From the sequence record SRR31156797_4163: a stretch of 34,344 nucleotides of DNA; one strand, written 5' to 3'. The position numbers and the translations under genes are program-made. Below the pieces are notes generated by a model that was given only the letters and a program-made list of their open reading frames with translations, was not told the origin of the DNA and made no database searches. Each line of letters begins with the position of its first letter. The first letter of the stretch is position 1. Of this stretch, positions 29,499 to 34,344 are shown in pieces.

Positions 29499-29834
29499 AT
29501 GAAAAAATTATTTAAATGTAATGTATGTAACTATATTCATGAAGGTGACGAAGCTCCGGATACTTGCCCAAAATGTGGTGCACCAAAAGAAAAATTCACT
29601 GAACTGGACAAAGCAACAACTGACAAAGTGTATGCTTCTGACAGAACCAATGACATCCATATGGAGATTATAGCATTGGCAGGAAAAATACAATTGTTAG
29701 CAAGAGAAGGTATTGAAATCAACTTAGATCCACCATGTGTTTCACTATTTGAGAAAGCAGTTGATGAAGCATGGGTAATAAAACAACGTTCAAAGGCTGA
29801 ATTGGAAGGTCACGTTGGAAAAAGCAAATGGTAA
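29499..29834 (+). CDS. Rubredoxin-like domain protein with a short helical C-terminus
   Basis: CNVC...[16 protein letters not shown]. Confidence 0.88.
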   Translation: MKKLFKCNVCNYIHEGDEAPDTCPKCGAPKEKFTELDKATTDKVYASDRTNDIHMEIIALAGKIQLLAREGIEINLDPPCVSLFEKAVDEAWVIKQRSKAELEGHVGKSKW

Positions 29835-29847
29835 ATAATAATTAATA

Positions 29848-29877
29848 TAAAGAGGCTGTTATGCAGTCTCTTTTTTA
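29848..29877 (+). terminator. Intrinsic terminator
   Basis: AAAGAGGCTG-ttatg-CAGTCTCTTTTTT. Confidence 0.75.
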
Positions 29878-30009
29878 GTACTCTTTAGTACATCTATTAT
29901 TGTAATATTAATTATGAATATTTTCATATTTTAAAAAAACATAACTAAATTTAACCTCGGATAAAACCAAGAAAAAATCAAAAAATATAAAAAAGCAAAG
30001 GAGATTGAT

Positions 30010-30441
30010 ATGAAAGTTCATGAAGTTATGACAGGCAAAACAGCATGTGTAAATTCATCAAATACCATTACAGATGCAGCACATACTATGCAGAATCATA
30101 ATATAGGATTTCTTCCAATTTGTGATAATGACAGACTAGTAGGTGTCTTAACTGACAGAGATGTTGTAATTAGAGCGATTGCTGAAGGTAAAGATCCTAC
30201 TACAACACAAATAAATGAAATTATGACAAAAGATGTTCATTGGGTATCATCAGAGACCAATATGAATGAAGTTGCTGATATTATGTCAGACTACAAAGTA
30301 AGACGTTTACCAGTAATGGAAGACGAAAGACTTGTGGGAATAGTTTCAATTGGTGACATGGCTACACACAACGGAGTTCACGGTAAAGCAAAGCGAGCTC
30401 TAACCGATATATCTGCACCGTCTGCACCAATTAATATGTAG
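30010..30441 (+). CDS. CBS domain pair protein (YhcV/Hrp1-like)
   Basis: IGFLPI, LVGVLTDRDVV.R, VRRLPV, LVGIVSIGD. Confidence 0.92.
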   Translation: MKVHEVMTGKTACVNSSNTITDAAHTMQNHNIGFLPICDNDRLVGVLTDRDVVIRAIAEGKDPTTTQINEIMTKDVHWVSSETNMNEVADIMSDYKVRRLPVMEDERLVGIVSIGDMATHNGVHGKAKRALTDISAPSAPINM

Positions 30442-30500
30442 ACAACAAGATAATAATAGATAGATAAATATTTTAATACAGTGTGATTTGAATAAGATTA

Positions 30501-30532
30501 GGGTGTTGGTTATTTAATCAATACCCGTTTTT
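30501..30532 (+). terminator. Intrinsic terminator
   Basis: GGGTGTTGGTTA-tt-TAATCAATACCC followed by GTTTTT. Confidence 0.65.
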
Positions 30533-30645
30533 ATATATCCCTACTTTACATGAACTTAATCCCAACTCTTTACTAAACAATTAAATTATAGTAGCATAGT
30601 GATATATAAATTATTGAAAGGTAAATGTAAATACATTTTATTATA

Positions 30646-31497
30646 ATGAAAAGAAGAAAGCCAATAATAGCAATAATGTATGATTTTGATAATACTCTTT
30701 GCACAAAAGATATGCAGGAATATAGCTTTATACCAAAGCTGGGAATGGAGCCAAACGACTTTTGGGACAAATGTAATCAGCTCTCTATTAAAGAAAAAAT
30801 GGACAGAATACTAACATCTATGTATATGATGATTGAACAATCAAATGCAAATAATAGCTCAATTAGGCGTGAGGACTTTGTAAAGCATGGAAAGCATATC
30901 GAGTTCTTCCCGGGAGTAAAGGAATGGTTCAGATTAATTAATGACTACGGCAACCAAATTGGAGTTCAGGTAGACCACTATATTATTTCCTCTGGCATGA
31001 AAGAAATTATTGAAGGTACAGATATTGCGTCTGAATTCAAAGAAATCTATGCATCTGAATACTATTACAGCGATAACGTAGCAGTATGGCCAAAGATGTC
31101 TATTAATTATACCAACAAAACTCAGTTCTTATTCCGTATAAACAAAGGGATTTTCGATGTAAGCAAGGACTCAGAACTAAACAAAGTAATCAAAGAAGAT
31201 AAAAGGTACACACCATTTAGAAATATGCTGTATATCGGTGATGGTTTCACTGATGTTCCATGTATGAAACTGGTAAAAGACAGGGGTGGTAAATCAATAG
31301 CTGTATATAAGAATGGTAAGAAAAATCAAGTTGCTTCTCTGTTGGTAGACGACAGGGTCAATTTCATTATTGAAGCAGATTACAGAGAAAATACTGAACT
31401 TCATCAGGTAGTAAAACTTATAATGCATCAAATGGCAGCTGAAGACGAACTTATAGATATCCATCATCAACATATTACTTCAATTGATAATAGTTAA
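30646..31497 (+). CDS. HAD-superfamily hydrolase
   Basis: Motif I YDFDNTL, motif II IISSG, NKTQFLFRINKG, and YIGDGFTDVP. Confidence 0.9.
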   Translation: MKRRKPIIAIMYDFDNTLCTKDMQEYSFIPKLGMEPNDFWDKCNQLSIKEKMDRILTSMYMMIEQSNANNSSIRREDFVKHGKHIEFFPGVKEWFRLINDYGNQIGVQVDHYIISSGMKEIIEGTDIASEFKEIYASEYYYSDNVAVWPKMSINYTNKTQFLFRINKGIFDVSKDSELNKVIKEDKRYTPFRNMLYIGDGFTDVPCMKLVKDRGGKSIAVYKNGKKNQVASLLVDDRVNFIIEADYRENTELHQVVKLIMHQMAAEDELIDIHHQHITSIDNS

Positions 31498-31546
31498 AAG
31501 CCGTTTATGGATTTCAAATCATTTATTAACAAAAGGAGTGATGATG

Positions 31547-32131
31547 ATGCAATTATACAATCAAACATTAGATAGAATACGTAAAGAACTTATAGATTTT
31601 AATAAGAATGAGTGCTTTGTTGTTGGTATTGATGGAAACTGCGGTTCCGGCAAAACTACTTTATCAGATATTTTGAGTAAAAAATTGAAATGTGAAGTAA
31701 TCCACATGGATGACTTTTTCCTGCCGATTGATGTGAGAACCAAAGAAAGACTCAATCAAATCGCTGGCAATGTTCACTATGAGAGATTTCAAAATGAAGT
31801 TATCAATCATATTAAATCAGGTCATCTGGAGTATAAAGTATTTGACTGTTCCACAATGAAATTTTCTAAGTCAATTACAATAAATCCTAAAAGGTTACTC
31901 ATTATTGAAGGCTCTTATTCATTTAGTAATAATTTTCATCAAGCCTATAATCTCAAGATATTCACAAAGTGCAATCCTAAGTCTCAAATAAAAAGACTCA
32001 GAAATCGAGTTGGTGAAGAAAAAACCAAACTATTTATTGATAAATGGATTCCTATGGAAGAAAATTATTTTGAGCATTATAATACAGAAGAGTTAGCAGA
32101 TATTATTATAGATACCAGTGATATTTTTTAG
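31547..32131 (+). CDS. Uridine kinase / phosphoribulokinase-like P-loop kinase
   Basis: IDGNCGSGKTT, HMDDFF, IIEGSY, WIPMEENYF. Start placed after AAAGGAG (31534-31538). Confidence 0.85.
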   Translation: MQLYNQTLDRIRKELIDFNKNECFVVGIDGNCGSGKTTLSDILSKKLKCEVIHMDDFFLPIDVRTKERLNQIAGNVHYERFQNEVINHIKSGHLEYKVFDCSTMKFSKSITINPKRLLIIEGSYSFSNNFHQAYNLKIFTKCNPKSQIKRLRNRVGEEKTKLFIDKWIPMEENYFEHYNTEELADIIIDTSDIF

Positions 32132-32143
32132 CTGAAAACTATA

Positions 32144-32977
32144 TTAGGAGTTCTTATTAATGGATTTTATTATCTCTACCAGCCAATTACTAAACTGCTC
32201 TGATGCTCTTTTTGCAGTATCCAGAACTCTTTCGTGGGAATGCTTCACTTTTTGAATGCCAGTAGCCATATTCGTAATACAAGATATTCCAAGACAGTCA
32301 ATACCCAAATAATTTGCTGCGATAGTTTCTGGCACCGTAGACATACCGATTGCATCAGCTCCCATATTCCCATAAGCTCTTATTTCTGCAGCAGTTTCGA
32401 AATATGGACCCATAAATCCAGCATACACACCCTGCTTATAGTTAATGCCTAGGTTTTCTCCTGTTGTTTTCGCAATATCTATCAGGTACTCTTTATACGG
32501 TTCTGTCATATCAGGAAATCTGATACCAAATCTGCTGTCATTTACACCTATCAATGGATTATCACCCATAAGGTTAATAAAATCAGTTATAATCATAAGA
32601 GTACTTGGTTCAAAATCAGTATTTATACCACCACAGGCGTTAGTTATTATTAGTTTATTAATTCCCAACCCCTTCATAACATAAACTGGATATGCAACTT
32701 CCTTCATACTAAAACCTTCATAATAATGAAATCTGCCCTGCATAGCCAGAATATTCATATCACCAATACTTCCGAAAACAAACCTTCCTTCATGTCCTTT
32801 TACAGTAGGCTGTGGGAAATTTGGTATACTGCTATACGAAATATATTTCTTGTTTCCTAATGAATTGACTACTTCGCCAAGTCCAGAGCCTAGTATTATA
32901 CCAATATCAATTCTTTCAGAAATATTTTTCCTAATATAATCTGCAGATTCATTAACTCGTTCATACATATTGACCAT
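32144..32977 (-). CDS. punA: Purine nucleoside phosphorylase (trimeric type)
   Basis: GSGLG, GHEG, QGRFHYYEG, TNACGG, RFPDM, GP.FET.AE, GMSTVPE, CITN. Confidence 0.95.
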   Translation of the reverse strand: MVNMYERVNESADYIRKNISERIDIGIILGSGLGEVVNSLGNKKYISYSSIPNFPQPTVKGHEGRFVFGSIGDMNILAMQGRFHYYEGFSMKEVAYPVYVMKGLGINKLIITNACGGINTDFEPSTLMIITDFINLMGDNPLIGVNDSRFGIRFPDMTEPYKEYLIDIAKTTGENLGINYKQGVYAGFMGPYFETAAEIRAYGNMGADAIGMSTVPETIAANYLGIDCLGISCITNMATGIQKVKHSHERVLDTAKRASEQFSNWLVEIIKSINKNS

Positions 32978-33073
32978 TAGCCACTCCTTAATGCTAATAT
33001 TTTATTGTTACTTATTTGAAATTTGTAATTACTAAATAAATTAAATACATTTAACCATTCACCCTAATAGTTC

Positions 33074-33105
33074 AAAAACCGACGCCTAAACATTAAGCGT
33101 CGGTT
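33074..33105 (-). terminator. Intrinsic terminator downstream of pckA
   Basis: Minus strand AACCGACGCTT-loop-AGGCGTCGGTTTTT. Confidence 0.8.
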
Positions 33106-33140
33106 AATTGCTATTAGTATTATATTTATAAGATTAATTC

Positions 33141-34223
33141 TTATAGGTTCTTAGCTTCTTCAGCAATACCTTTCATTGAATCCAATGCTTCCTGAGGAAG
33201 TTTATCGTAACCTTCACGCTCTGTTTCCTTACTCTCAATAAATGCAACACGGTCAGCCATACGAGCAACAAACTGCTCTTTAAAGTTAGCATCACTAAAG
33301 TCTGGCTCATAACCATCTACAGGCAGATATGAAAGACTTTTAGTCCCATATCCTTAAATGAAGCCTTACCTTCTACTATAGCTTCTAATGAACCTAATGT
33401 TACTTCTTTAGTAATATCCATGTCCATGAAAACACCAGTATTCATGATATAGCAGTCAACTCCTGATTCATCAAACAATTTCTTGAATACTTCAAAGTCA
33501 TTAGCTTATCTATATGTTCTGAATGTATTTGCATATGGTTCAACAACCAGCGCATTAGGATCAACACCTTCTGCAAGACGTTCAGCTGATGTTCTCTTTG
33601 TAGCAAGAGTAGCTCCCATTGTTGATGCAGGACTGGATCAGTAACCTTCATAACAGGTGGAAGTGTTGGATCCTTTATCAGCCAGAAAATAGCATTTGCT
33701 TTCTCTGGGAATTTATCCAATCTGTTCGGTGACCATAGCTTAGACTTAACATCACGTCCGTTACCATTTCTTATATCTTCTGTAACTAATACAATTTTGT
33801 TGTCTTCATCCATTGTATAACCAACGTTTTGAACAGTTAGCAGATATACATTGTCTGGATCATCCATAGGATAGTCTTGAGTTCTATCAAAATATGAACG
33901 CTCAAGAGCAACAGATGAACCATCTTCTGTTGAGATGATAAAAGCATCATCATGCAGAACAGTAACGTCATATTTGCCATCATGCTTTGCATGAGTAATT
34001 GTTGATTCACCAGAACCAGACAGACCAAATACACCAGCGACAAATTTAGAACCATCTGATAGGTTGTATCTTTTTTGTCCACCGTGACATGCAGCATAAC
34101 CATGACGATTGTAAGCTTCCTTTAGAGTCTGTACTGGATAAACGTTGTTCTTGTAGAATGCGGTCTCGATGGTGGTGCGTATGGCAGAAAATAAGGACTA
34201 CCTTTTCTAATTTCATCCCATTT
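33141..34223 (-). pseudogene. pckA: ATP-dependent phosphoenolpyruvate carboxykinase pseudogene (Firmicutes type)
   Basis: Fragments RTTIETAFYKNNV, ACHGGQK, FGLSGSG(E)ST, LHDDAF, EDIRNGNGR, LATKRTSAE, EPYAN.FRTY, IMNTG. Frameshifts at about 34190, 33628 and 33345; in-frame TAA at 33506-33508; large internal deletion at about 34110; no start codon. Confidence 0.88.
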
Positions 34224-34250
34224 AGATTGTTCCGAAAAAGTGTTGACTAC
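34223..34250. mobile_element. Possible IS terminal inverted repeat at the broken 5' end of pckA
   Basis: TAGATTGTTCCGAAAAAGTGTTGAC begins where pckA similarity stops and resembles IS3/IS150-type ends. The partner end and transposase are not visible. Confidence 0.3.
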
Positions 34251-34284
34251 CTTTTTTATTTAACGTTTGTTATGTTGTTTAAAG

Positions 34285-34344
34285 CTAACCTAATTGATCA
34301 GGTGTAACAATAGCCCCTTTAGCTGCTTTGAGTTCTTCTAAGCG
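34285..34344 (-). CDS. Possible 3' end of a gene running off the window (RLEELKAAKGAIVTPDQLG*)
   Basis: Open frame from the window edge to TAG at 34285-34287; too short to identify. Confidence 0.3.
   Translation of the reverse strand, partial: RLEELKAAKGAIVTPDQLG

Noticed and set aside
29270..29990. SigF/SigG-like promoter matches upstream of gnd and the CBS gene
   Set aside because: Spacing or key bases deviate, and the regions are too AT-rich to call.
3113..32684. Short antisense or alternate-frame ORFs nested in long genes (e.g. 3113, 4220, 9532, 16115, 21665, 22520, 24047, 28375, 32445)
   Set aside because: They overlap well-supported genes and show no motifs or RBS.
33837..34307. ORFs 33837-34103 (-) and 34089-34307 (+)
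   Set aside because: Off-frame or antisense readings of the pckA relic.

Overview
AT-rich bacterial chromosomal DNA with Clostridia-like gene content (taxon inferred). Left to right: a broken SH3b/zinc-domain membrane protein gene; a minus-strand ECF sigma / DUF4367-type anti-sigma / secreted protein / four-helix-bundle cluster preceded by four tandem RNA hairpins; a ~2,290-aa cytoplasmic multi-PAS/GAF hybrid histidine kinase whose HPt histidine is replaced by Tyr; a DUF1801 pseudogene missed by the ORF track; a MoxR-DUF58-transglutaminase operon; a second hybrid kinase; and a run of metabolic genes. Those are tocopherol cyclase-like, amidase_6, DUF6144-like, FAD oxidoreductase, DUF362, a divergent DegV, a gnd-zwf-cyclase operon, rubredoxin-like, CBS, HAD, a P-loop kinase and purine nucleoside phosphorylase. 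A decayed PEP carboxykinase (pckA) with a large internal deletion and a possible IS end sits at the right edge. No rRNA, tRNA, CRISPR array or intact transposase was recognised. The best leads are the hairpin cluster at 3440-3660 (candidate sRNA or multi-terminator leader), the cyclase-family hydrolase occupying the 6-phosphogluconolactonase slot of gnd-zwf, the pseudo-HPt giant kinase, and four pseudogenes in 34 kb. All family calls are by-eye motif recognition; no searches were run.
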